Shown here: one piece after another, positions 9,701-18,700 of the stretch
How the letters are laid out: each line of letters opens with the position of its first letter
Numbering within the stretch: the first letter of the stretch is position 1
IMG/VR virus record: IMGVR_UViG_3300025120_000423
Coordinates: 1-27,487 of that record
Direction: 5' to 3' (one strand)
Length of the DNA: 27,487 bases
From: a virus
Taxonomy: Duplodnaviria; Caudoviricetes
Notes under the pieces: model-generated
The model's input: only the letters and a program-made list of their open reading frames with translations
Database searches by the model: none
Told to the model about the DNA's origin: nothing
Program-made: the position numbers and the translations under genes

Positions 9701-11110
9701 ACTTGAAGAAACTGATTGATTTAATGTTAATCTTGTATATGTCTGAATATCATATAATCTCAAATCCCAACTAGATGATGCATTAGAATATGCTGCATCA
9801 GTTAGACTAAACGAATATACTCTTGCTTCTCCAATTTTAGTTCCTAAGCAACCAAATTGTGCGTAAAGATCGATTGTTTCTCTTACCTTTGCTAATCCAG
9901 TTACATTATTAACTCTTAGTATATTTCCCATTTCAAATGGAACTGTAGTATTCTTAATGTCTGCAGTATCTCTAGGTTTATCTACATCTATAATAGAAGT
10001 AGATACTTTTTCAATATCATAACCTTGAACATATGCCTTTCCAGGGGATATTTTTAGTACTGCTAAATTTTCTGATGGAATATTTCCCTGATCTGTCAGT
10101 TCATTATTAAAAAAAGTTCCATCGTTACCCAATAAATTATTTAAAGATTCTTCCAAATTTAAATCGAATTGATTTAATGTATAATTTCCAGATTCATCAA
10201 AGGTCCTTTCTGCAAGATAATCACGAATTCTATTATAATTAGTTTTAGACGTAATTTTTTTAACTTTTCCATTTTTGACTCTAAGTAATTCTACAAAATT
10301 GGTATCATTTGTATCTGTTAGAGGTCTTTTTGTAAGGGATAATGATATTTGTAATCTATCTGCCCCTGGTGATGAATAGTTTGAGAATCCTTTTGCATTA
10401 TCGTATAATGATTCGTCTTGTTTTGCATTAACGAGAGATTCATCAATTTTTAATCCAACTCTATATGATGGGGTATTTGTATAATAATCTAAAATAATTG
10501 TTTGCTTTAAAACTTTTACAAAGTAACCTCTTATAAAATATATACCTTCTCCAATTGAAACTGACGATGCGATAGCAGTTGAATTTGAATTAATTGTAGA
10601 TGCAAAAGGTGATCCTGCACTTATAGTTGTATTTCCATAAACAATATTTTCATTTGTTGATAATAATTCTCCATCAATAAATTGTGAAAATTCAAAATCT
10701 TCATTTGATTTTAAATATTTTACATATAGAGTTATATTATCTACTTCACTACTTTCTTCTGGAAAAACTATCTTTTGAATTTTAGCAGTAACTCCAGAAA
10801 CTTGTCCTGTTATAGTTTTTCCAACAAAATTCTCAATGTATACTGCCAAGTCAACTCCAAATTGAGTCGTATTTACCTTAACAGAGTAGAATTGTCCATC
10901 ATAACTAATGTTTCCAGGAATCACCATTGATCCTTCTTTAAACATATGACTTCCAAAATCTTCTACTTGATTTTGAAGTATAGATTGTAATGTTGTTAAT
11001 TCTCTAGTTTGAACAGGATATCCTGGTTTAAATAAAACTTTTAAAAAGTTTTTAGACGAATCAAAATCATCATAGTATGGATTGATATTTAAATTTGTTT
11101 TTTGCGACAT
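3707..11110 (-). CDS. Large virion structural protein, DUF4815 / VrlC-like (2467 aa)
   Basis: N-terminus NLNINPYYDDFD...VLFKPGYPVQTRELTTLQSILQNQVEDFGSHMFKEGSMVIPG; internal RTFDESGNY, ISPGKAYVQGY, NRRYTMRDIG, RFKSGFFVDSF, NVNPFNI, DPLAQTF, GSLFKSQN; C-terminus PRLADLRVIAL. Follows gp8, as in cyanomyoviruses. Confidence 0.85.
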   Translation of the reverse strand: MSQKTNLNINPYYDDFDSSKNFLKVLFKPGYPVQTRELTTLQSILQNQVEDFGSHMFKEGSMVIPGNISYDGQFYSVKVNTTQFGVDLAVYIENFVGKTITGQVSGVTAKIQKIVFPEESSEVDNITLYVKYLKSNEDFEFSQFIDGELLSTNENIVYGNTTISAGSPFASTINSNSTAIASSVSIGEGIYFIRGYFVKVLKQTIILDYYTNTPSYRVGLKIDESLVNAKQDESLYDNAKGFSNYSSPGADRLQISLSLTKRPLTDTNDTNFVELLRVKNGKVKKITSKTNYNRIRDYLAERTFDESGNYTLNQFDLNLEESLNNLLGNDGTFFNNELTDQGNIPSENLAVLKISPGKAYVQGYDIEKVSTSIIDVDKPRDTADIKNTTVPFEMGNILRVNNVTGLAKVRETIDLYAQFGCLGTKIGEARVYSFSLTDAAYSNASSSWDLRLYDIQTYTRLTLNQSVSSSEIKESFFVKGDSTGSTGFAIADGSSNQIFLRQTSGTFAKGENLIINGIQSSRSITEVRAYNTQNIKSVKQSIPFDQNDFKADSILDKFNFPGAVSELTITTTGGGISTVTSPGRTFVGIRTDTVIRYQQSGSSLEIFNRVSGIATDALSFEISAIATVSGVFDGSLPTSDIQVNGFLGAPVVTGSGTLFAPLSEPNTSNIDFSNSQLFLMEQLTGKSIVDNAITINTSTVPGITDISWANFDQERFSIAYAQGGIGTITSDAFSISGNEVTIRGLDSNLSSNDTVVNVTVIKSNIQSKTKTYSRSRTLSINGSKLKESGNNAATSKNDGLIYNQYYGLRIQDEEISLNYPDVVKVLSIYESLNELTPTLDVIGFPVISNVESNSLIGENIIGSSSNTIARIVTKESANKLGIVYLNENKFSLGESVVFEESEINSQIDSITKGNYIDITGSYVLNRGQKNQYYDYSRIERRKNIHEPSRSLLIVFDHYAVPTTDSGDVFTVNSYDAERFSKDIPNIGGSIRATDTLDFRPRVSIFDPAVTTDRSPFDFNARTIPFNTSPLRLLAPKENAIVNQSFYLPRMDKIYLDILGNFVVEKGISSKNPKPPSKKGNFLELATIVYPAYLYNTSDANVILTDNRRYTMRDIGLIEDRVENLERVTTLSLLEINANTLRIQDNEGRDRFKSGFFVDSFSDNSKFDTFLSTTLIDQSTRTLNPNISRNSLDSLVATLDNLSPQELDLNDDSLILLDPAIQKTGRALTLAYNEINWLEQPFATKVENVNPFNIVVYNGVVQLQPEVDSWTRTVQLQDVNARNRFRQGVNLSNNLDLTQDRSFVLPLAPRFRGGGGNIGNTFRNFANRISGTTSASSTASDSFDTVDTFIRNQVVSTPDEEFMRSRNVEFNASNLKPNTKFYQFLDGNSGVDLIPKLIEISNNRQLTGNGASAAFSIGETVIGTVNNQERIRFRVCSPNHKLGPFNSPTSIYNQNPYDSVNFISSNYSSSSSILNVDTAAIAQNSQGDFFGYLEKGMQLVGQNSRAIAFVKDIRLISDNYGDLIGSFFLRNPNASSRPNVRISTGTKTYKLTSSSTNTPGLPGSNSVSFAETNYTATATLINFQATVTTNTTTTTINSSVSATVGGNIEVAYTDPLAQTFTVGGNIQVKSDIDTEDDVNGVFLTSVDLYFASIDSGNAPVTVQVRSTLLGTPTLEVIGNSSVTLRPRSIDENGVETQLIQTSDTGEIATNVKFPEPIFLTPGREYAIVLISAQSDEYEVWSAVMGEKTVNTQSLPDVDQVIYTQQFALGSLFKSQNGSIWTTDQNQDLKFKLYKAEFTETTGSVYFYNPPLDESNGYIRRLNNSPITILPKTGKIGIVTTTNSDFIGIVTAGRKLAGSTNGGSAIVVGQGSSVSIVSITDGGINYPASVSNQIVSTYNVSGKGENLKLLITTNSAGTITGVGHSTLDFGSGYQVGNVVGIQTSTTSTATGRDARVTIGGIYGLNTLYLTNVQGEFGGSGSGKEFAVGSTIKYYSDASTIVSAAGTNILSASSDGGVYSGDYFKVDHFNHGMYSTTNKLIVDNIKSDVPTTVLSSQLNVDDVTTISVASTANFVTFEGKNVSGSYPGYVKIGNEIIKYEGLGSGILNISSNGRGIDNTIAVNHFVNADLEKYEFGGVSLRRVNGITNSIASPIDIDSYHVKIDRSSDKGSSRLTDGDTAGTSQLSFNDEKLIGGDNVTASQNIMYDAVNPIYDILTPGSTTSVTGQIRTTTATSISGNEVSFNDNGYQQIQLNELNSLDSVRMVASEANQNEYLTSLPRKKSFTTAIVFNSNDPNSALSPILNLNQARTEFNLSRLNKPIGDYSSDNRVNSILFDPHASVYYSNINTLKNPASGLKVIIAAERPGDSDFRVLYTTIKADSSEISQSYELFPGYNNLKETTEGFLVVDESKNSGLPDRKVKASLDGEFLEYEFTVENLDLFTGYGIKIVMNSTDQAQAPRLADLRVIALR

Positions 11111-11116
11111 TTTTCT

Positions 11117-12697
11117 TTAGAATTCCAGAATAATTTTGATGTCTTCTTTTTGCCTAGAGTCTCTCGTTACTATAGAACGATTATCAATGTAAATAACATC
11201 TCCTGTATTCTTATTTATCTCTGGATTAGAGAGACCAGATGAAAAAGATACTCCCAAATTAATTGCTTTGGATCCAACTGTAGTTGTAATCCCAGTGAAA
11301 CTAGTATCAATTGATGCTACATATGAAACATTAGAAACTGTATTTGATGTTGATTCAAAATTAATAAGATTTGCTTTACTAGTAACGTCATTCCTATCAG
11401 TTTGATCTAAAGTATTGGCAAAGTTTAGAGATCTATCTTGATAATACTTTAATACTTTAGTTCCAGTATCATATGACGCAACATATCCTCTTGCGATACC
11501 ATTTGACGTGGTTTGTTCAATTTTATCACCAATGACAGGAATGCCATTAAAATTTGACGTTAATTTAATTGCTCCTAGTGATGAATATTCATTTGCTGTG
11601 TAAAGACTTGTAGAATTATATTTTTCTGGATTTTTTACAATTCCAACCTGAGAGAACTTTGCATCTGTTGGAAAATCTAATGTAGAATCATCAAATCTCG
11701 AATATGCGAGAACTTTATCTGATCCCAACTCCTCGTATATGTTGTAACCATGACCTCTAGATGGAGGTATAATTGGAATTAACTTTGCAGGGTTTGAAAT
11801 AGTATCTGTTGTTGCATGTCCAAAATCAACAATTCCAAATGTATATCCACTTCCACCAGAAACAACAGTTGTTTTAGTAATAGTTCCGGAACTATCAACT
11901 TCTATATTTACTTTTGCTCCAGATCCATCACCCTTAATATCATAAGTGCCCGCAGTATATAACCCACCACCTCCTCCATCTTCAATGTACACATATTTTA
12001 TTTGATTATTATTTATTGTAGAATCTCCAGAATCTCTTACAGATTGAATTTGGAAATCAGTCGAAGTTGACCAATCACTCGGAAGAACAATATATTCAGT
12101 AGAATCAAATTTAATAATATCACTTGGAGATATAGTAAATAAGTATTTCCAAATATATCCATCTCCACTTGTCCCTGCAGAAGATGCTTCTAAATCTGTA
12201 AAAGTTGGCTCATCTTGAGAGGTATTTCCATTTATATTCGTTGTTTCTCCAATATCACCATGAGACCCATTAGAGATACATATGTAAACTTTAAAATCAC
12301 TATTAACAATAAAATAATTACTGTCGTAAAGTCTTGCACTTTGAGAAATTGGTGCTAAATTTGCAACACTATAATCATGACGATACATTTCATAACGAGT
12401 ATTTGAAGTCCAATTAACTTTTTTTACAATTCTTCTAATATTCGAACTATTTAATTTTTTGCCAAATAGTGCAGTATTTCTATAATGACTTAAGTACTGT
12501 TGATTATCAATAGGACTTGGTGGACTTGATGGAGTGTTTCCCCATGCTGTAGTCCTACCAAATCCTACAGGAGTAGATGTTGTTCCGGGATTTGAAAGTC
12601 CTAAAAATACATAATAATTATTATCAGTACTCAACACAGAGTCTACAAAATTATTAGCATTAGCAATTCTAAATTGATCTGTTACTATAGCAGACAT
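11117..12697 (-). CDS. gp8: Baseplate wedge subunit gp8
   Basis: MSAIVTDQFRI, YFIVNSDFKVYICISN, DGYIWKYLFTI, GDVIYIDNR...RDSRQKEDIKIILEF; lies directly after gp7. Confidence 0.94.
   Translation of the reverse strand: MSAIVTDQFRIANANNFVDSVLSTDNNYYVFLGLSNPGTTSTPVGFGRTTAWGNTPSSPPSPIDNQQYLSHYRNTALFGKKLNSSNIRRIVKKVNWTSNTRYEMYRHDYSVANLAPISQSARLYDSNYFIVNSDFKVYICISNGSHGDIGETTNINGNTSQDEPTFTDLEASSAGTSGDGYIWKYLFTISPSDIIKFDSTEYIVLPSDWSTSTDFQIQSVRDSGDSTINNNQIKYVYIEDGGGGGLYTAGTYDIKGDGSGAKVNIEVDSSGTITKTTVVSGGSGYTFGIVDFGHATTDTISNPAKLIPIIPPSRGHGYNIYEELGSDKVLAYSRFDDSTLDFPTDAKFSQVGIVKNPEKYNSTSLYTANEYSSLGAIKLTSNFNGIPVIGDKIEQTTSNGIARGYVASYDTGTKVLKYYQDRSLNFANTLDQTDRNDVTSKANLINFESTSNTVSNVSYVASIDTSFTGITTTVGSKAINLGVSFSSGLSNPEINKNTGDVIYIDNRSIVTRDSRQKEDIKIILEF
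11212..11219 (-). promoter_or_regulatory. Possible embedded late promoter GATAAATA for the 2467-aa gene
   Basis: NATAAATA variant inside the 3' end of gp8 (codons E-I-N-K), about 100 nt upstream of the ATG at 11110. Could be chance in AT-rich DNA. Confidence 0.4.
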
Positions 12698-12716
12698 ATT
12701 ACACAGTTTTTTTAAA

Positions 12717-12724
12717 TATTTATA
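12717..12724 (-). promoter_or_regulatory. T4-type late promoter TATAAATA
   Basis: Exact match in the 36-nt gp7-gp8 gap, about 19 nt upstream of the gp8 ATG. Confidence 0.9.
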
Positions 12725-12733
12725 TGGATAAAA

Positions 12734-15700
12734 TTAACTTAAAATTTCTAGAAGTGATCCAGTAAGTCTAAGTCCCTCACCTCTCCTCTGAATTGTTGGA
12801 AATGTTGATAATCCAACATCTACAGTTTTTCCAGTAACACCAATAGAAATTGGAGTAGAGGATCTTGTAATTGATGAAAATAGTGCCCAAGAAAATTCAC
12901 CAACATAATCTCCACTTGTGGAAAGACCTGTTATATCAGTTCCGGAATCAATATTACAAGTAACAATACCAACATGATCACCAAAACGGGATAATTCATG
13001 TATATAGTAAATATTATCTAAGAAAGTAGTTCCAATACCAACTACAGCAACATTTGAACTATCCACCGATGTAACACCAGATCCAATTATAGTGTCTTTA
13101 ACGAATATTGGATACCCAATATCCAAATCGTCTCCAAAATTTGCTGTTCCTGTATTGAGGAACAATTTAAGTGCTAATGAATGTCCACCAGATCCAGAAG
13201 TAGTTCCAATTCCTGTTATAATTCCAGAAAATCCTTTAACAAATTTAATATCTACAGTTTCAGTATTCGAATCTGGTAGAGGTGTAATTGTTTTAGGTTC
13301 TACAGTATATCCAAATCCAGGATCTGTAATCGTAGTTCCAGTAATTACCCCATTAGTTATTGTTCCTGTAGCTTGAGCAGTAGTTCCAATTCCAACACCA
13401 ATTTGAAGTGGTGATTGGAACTTAATATTTACTGTCGATCCTACATATTCGTTCCCACCATCTACAATTGTAAGAGCAGAAACTGTTCCTCCTACACCAA
13501 TAGATGCAGTAATATTAGCAGGTGAGGGATCCAATTTGCCATCAACAATAATACCTTTCATTTGATCATATGGTCCCCCTTCAGAAACTCCATAATTGAA
13601 ATTACTTATGTCATCAACAAAAATATTAGCATCAGAAGTTGTAACATCTTTAATAATTTTTGCAGTTGGATAAATTTGAGCAATTGTAGATTGTCTTGTC
13701 TTATGAACAAACACCCCATTAATTACTCTATCAGTTTTTTGTTTCGTCCATGACATTGGTTTGAGATTAACTTCATCAATACCTTGATCCACATACAAAT
13801 TTGTTTCAAATTTATCTGAAAAAGATACATCAAAAACTGTTCTTTGATCTTGAGTAATGGTTTCTGGAATAGTATCATTTTTAAATACTCTAATATCATC
13901 ACCTCTTTCTAATGTTGGAATAACATTATCTACAACTAAATCATCTTCACCTCTAGTTCCTCTATAGAAGAAAATATCAATCTTATCTTCAGGTTTTGGT
14001 GCGACACTAAATGAGAACGAAGTTCCACCCTCGAATTGATAAGAAGAACCGGGATCTTGAATAATTCCATTAATAATGACGATTAAAGTATTTTGAAGTT
14101 CTATTATAGAATTTTCAGGTTTTTCAAAACTCAATATTGAACCATTATAAAAAAGTGGAAATCTTATTCTTTTTCCATCTTGATAGTTTTTAACAGAATC
14201 GATATAATCAAGTTCTCCAAACTGCCAAGAAGCAAAATTATCACTGAAAGTCTCTAAAACTGTAAACTGATATTCTGAGATTGGAGATGTTAAATCTTTA
14301 GCAGTAACAAGTCCAACTGGTGCAAATACATCACCTTTTCTGAATGAATATCCAGATCTTTTTATATTAAAATTACTGACTTCAAAATAAGTTGATCCAA
14401 TACCAGTTGTGGAACTTGCACTAACATTGATATCTAATAATAATCCAACTCCAGAATCAGTCGTCGCCCCAACACCAATTCTAGAAATGCCTACAATTTC
14501 AAGATTTTCGTATGTTGGTTCGGAAACAAATATTTCAGTTTGATCGGAATAATTAGATCCGCCATTTGATACATTAAATGTTAATGTTCCTCCCGTTCCT
14601 ACAGGTGAGGCGGTTATTACTGCACCAGAACCATTCCCAGTTGGATCGAAAATAGAAACCCCAATTGATACTATAGAATTATATCCGGACCCAACATTAT
14701 CAGTGATGCCAATACCAATACTATTTTGAATAACACCACCACTTATAATTGCGGTAACTGCTGCACCAGCAAGAGGTGCATAACCAAGTCCTCCAGTCGA
14801 ACCTAAAGAAACAATAAGACCCCCTCTAGGAATTTGATTTTGATTCACATCAGACTCGGAAATCAAAATACTAGTAGGATCAGTTATATCTTCTTTAATA
14901 CCACTGAATACAATGGAAGATATTCCCGTAGGTGATATCTGCTCAATAATACTGAAGTTATTTAATGGATTGTTTGTGGTGGTTGGTGTTTGGAATACTC
15001 CATTAATAAATACAAGACCATTTCCACCAATTGTTCCAATACCACTAGTATTTGCTCCACCGACAGTTAGAGTAAACGTTCTACCAATTCCAGTAAACTC
15101 TTTAGAAATGTCATCATAAACTTCATTTGTAGTATAATCTTTTCTTAAGAATACTCTACCAGAAAACTTTGATGTCTCGAATACTAGGTTATTACCTCTT
15201 CTTGAAATATTAGGATTACCTCTAGGTGCTTTTGTAAAGAAAATGCTGTCCCCTACAATATTATAAGATCCTTTATAAATTCTAGATAATGTTGAATCTG
15301 TGTGGGATGTTGAAGATGATCCAACAAACCCCCTCTCAACCTCAACCAAAGTTTCTGTTCCGGAGTTGGAAATAGGTCCGATATTTGTCGTTCCCAATCC
15401 AACATTAACAACTTTCATATATTCATCATCAACTCTCAATATATCAAGAGGATATATGGTTGAAATACCACTTAAAGTGAAGATAGTTGCTGTAGTTGAA
15501 ATACTTCCACCATTTCCCGATAAAGTTTGTGAAACTTTAGCAAAAGTAATTGGATATTGTGCAACATTATTAATAGTAATGATAGCCTTTTCATTTCTCT
15601 TTGCCATTGAAAATTGATGAGAATTTCCTTCACCGACAGATGTAAATGTAACAGCTGTTCCCGATTTAACTGTTGATATTGAGAAATTGTCATTATTATT

Positions 15701-18700
15701 AACGACAGCAAAAACTTGCGAAGGAAGTTGTGCAACAACAGAACCATCTTTATACATCATTGGAGTTGATCCAACACCAACAAAAGTAGATTTTGGAGTG
15801 TATATTAATTCTTCACCATTACTGAAGAAGTGATTATCAATTGAAAATGCTCCTGTTGAAAGATTGAGAACATTAACATCTGAAGGATTAAATGATTTTG
15901 CAAAAATTGGAGTAGTTTTTGATCTCAATATAAAATCTTCTTTATTAATTCTATCGCCATTAATTGCTAAGTATGAGTCAGTATTTAACGTTTCTATAGA
16001 ATTTCCATATATGAGATTTGGAGCTTGATTGATAAAATCGGAGGTGGTATATAAACACTCACTATAAGAATTAATTTTTATATCTCCAATAAAATTGGAA
16101 TCTGGATAAAACTTAACTAAAACATCATCCCCAGAATATTCTCCTCCAAAAGTTCCTACTCCTAGTGGAGTGGACTCTCCACTTGTACTTCCTATTGACA
16201 ACAATGAATATTGTTGAGTGTAAATATCCGTAGTATCTTGAACCATCATAACTTGATGGATCGATTTTGTAGATCCAATACTAACTTCAACTAGAGATCT
16301 TGCAGAATCAAAATTATTTTTATTTAATCTTAAGAAAGAAGTAGAAATACCAGAAGTAGTCGTAGATATTCCAGATTCATAAATTGCAGATCTTTCGTTA
16401 CCCTCTGGTTGATTTTGTAAAATATATCTAAATGTTCCAACCCCAACGGAAGTTGTTCCAAATCCAACTACATGTGTCTTAACAACTATATCTTCATCTG
16501 TATCATTAGTATAATTTAAATTAAATAATCCAGAAGTGTCTATGTCTGCACCGAAAGATCCTATAAAATTATTTGATCTTGAAAAATCTTCAGTATCAAA
16601 ATAGAATTCTGAAATATTTGTATCTGTTCCATCATGAGTTACATATAACTCGACAAAATTCATCTCATTAGTTATTTCTTTATAAACTTGTGCATTGACA
16701 TGAAATGATAAAATTTTATCAGTTGCTACTCCAATAATACTGTCTGTACTACCTTTTAGAATTACTTGACTACGGGAAGTTATATCAACAAATCCTATTG
16801 ATACTGTACCCACCCCAATAACCGACTCATCAAATTTTTTCTGAATATATTTAATGTCATATTCAGTATTAAAAGGATCTTTAGGAGTAAATCTCACATA
16901 CTTATCATTAAACTCATCAATTTCTATTGAAAAATCTCCATATTGCTCTTCATCAATTGTGGTAAATCCAGATCCCACATTAACTAAGGATTGTTTTTCT
17001 AAAAGAGCAATATTATCATTCACTGAATTGTTCAGAAACAATAAACTTGTTAATTGAACCTGATTTTTTTCACTTATATCAGAAACTTTAAATAGATAGT
17101 TATTATAAGAAACATCTTCATCAATTTTTAGTATATTTTTATATTGAAGAGGTTCACCTTCAATATTGGAAAATTGTTTACTAATATCATCAATTCTTAA
17201 ACCAATATTAGATATTGATTCTTGATAGTTTGTAAGTTTTTTATTTTGTAGTTTCAAAAATTTAGATTTATCTGATAAAAGATCTACATCTTCTACAAAA
17301 TCAAAAATATTGATAGTGTCAACTCTATTTTCACTAATATAGTCCCTTATAATGGTCGTTGCATCAGAAGAACTCTCAATTCCAACTCTTCCGTCCCCAT
17401 CAGAAATAATTTCTGTATCTGAGAAATTTTTAATTCCAATTGAATGAACTAAACTATTAACTGATGTTTTAATATCATTCCATTGTTGTCTACTCTTAAT
17501 AGAATACGAAAGATTTTGATAATAATCATTATTTGCAAGAACTTGATAGTCTTCACTTAATTTTCCAGTTTCATTTTCCCAACCTTCATTTTTTCTATTG
17601 GAAAATTTAATTTCAAACATTCCATCATAATTTTTTAAAGATTTTATAGTGGCAACATTTCCTGAAAATTTTCCTGTAATTATTTCATTTACAGAAAGAT
17701 TATATGTTCCAATTACTTTAAGTGATCCTGAATTTTCATAATCAGTAACTCTAAGGTTTCTCTCAATACCATTAGATATTAACGTTTCACCAATTTCGAA
17801 TCCTGATGGAGATAATGACAATGAAAAAGTTGGATAATTTTTCTTGGCAATAATATTTCCAAATGAATCTTGAATTGTTTTTGCAACTCCTACATTTGTT
17901 CCTAATCCTGCAATACTAATAGTAACTCTATCATCAGTTAATTTCTTTTCATATTTTACCACTTTAAAGAATTTATATCCATAATCACTAGAATTAAATC
18001 CATCTCCAGTAGTGCTAGACTTTTGTATTCCTTCTACAAAAACTTCTTCACCCACAGAAAAAACATCCTGATCAAATCCTAAAGATGGTGTTGTAATGAC
18101 ACATGTAAAAATTCCAGTATTTTCTTGCGATTCAACTTTAATAATACTAATCCCATTAGTATTATTGATGGTAAAAAGTTCTGCTGATTGGTCGGATATT
18201 CCTTTAGGTGGGACATCAATAATTAAATCGGTAATTGAATTGCCAGTCAGTTTTGCCTCAATCACTCCATTATCTAATGGAGTTCTTGTATCATTATTAA
18301 CAACTATAACTTCTGGTGGAGATATATATCCAGATCCACCAGAAGTTATAGTTACAATACCAATTGTATTTGAATCTCTTAAAACAATTTTTGGTGATAT
18401 ATCAACTTTTGGTTGCAAAGTATTATCTGAAGAATATTCAAATTTTTCATTAATAATTCTAGTTTCTTTAGGTAAACCAATTTTATTGGAATCTAAAGAA
18501 ACGGATAAATTTTTACCATTTATTGTACTTACAGATGAAAGTGTAGGTAATTTTTTATATTGAGACCCACCTGATATAAGATTAACATTATTTACTGGAC
18601 CAGATGCCGACGTTGAAGTTGTTGTATATTCTAAATTATCACACTCTAAAGATGTATAAGAAAATTTTTCTGGAGATTCTTGTAAAGAAATTTGAAAAGT

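Noticed and set aside
12701-12716. T-run in the gp7-gp8 gap as an intrinsic terminator
   Set aside because: No GC-rich hairpin precedes it, and on the transcribed strand it is an A-run in the gp8 leader.
15472-15747. 91-aa minus-strand alternative-frame ORF inside gp7
   Set aside because: Leu/Gln-rich shadow of the gp7 frame with no initiation signal.
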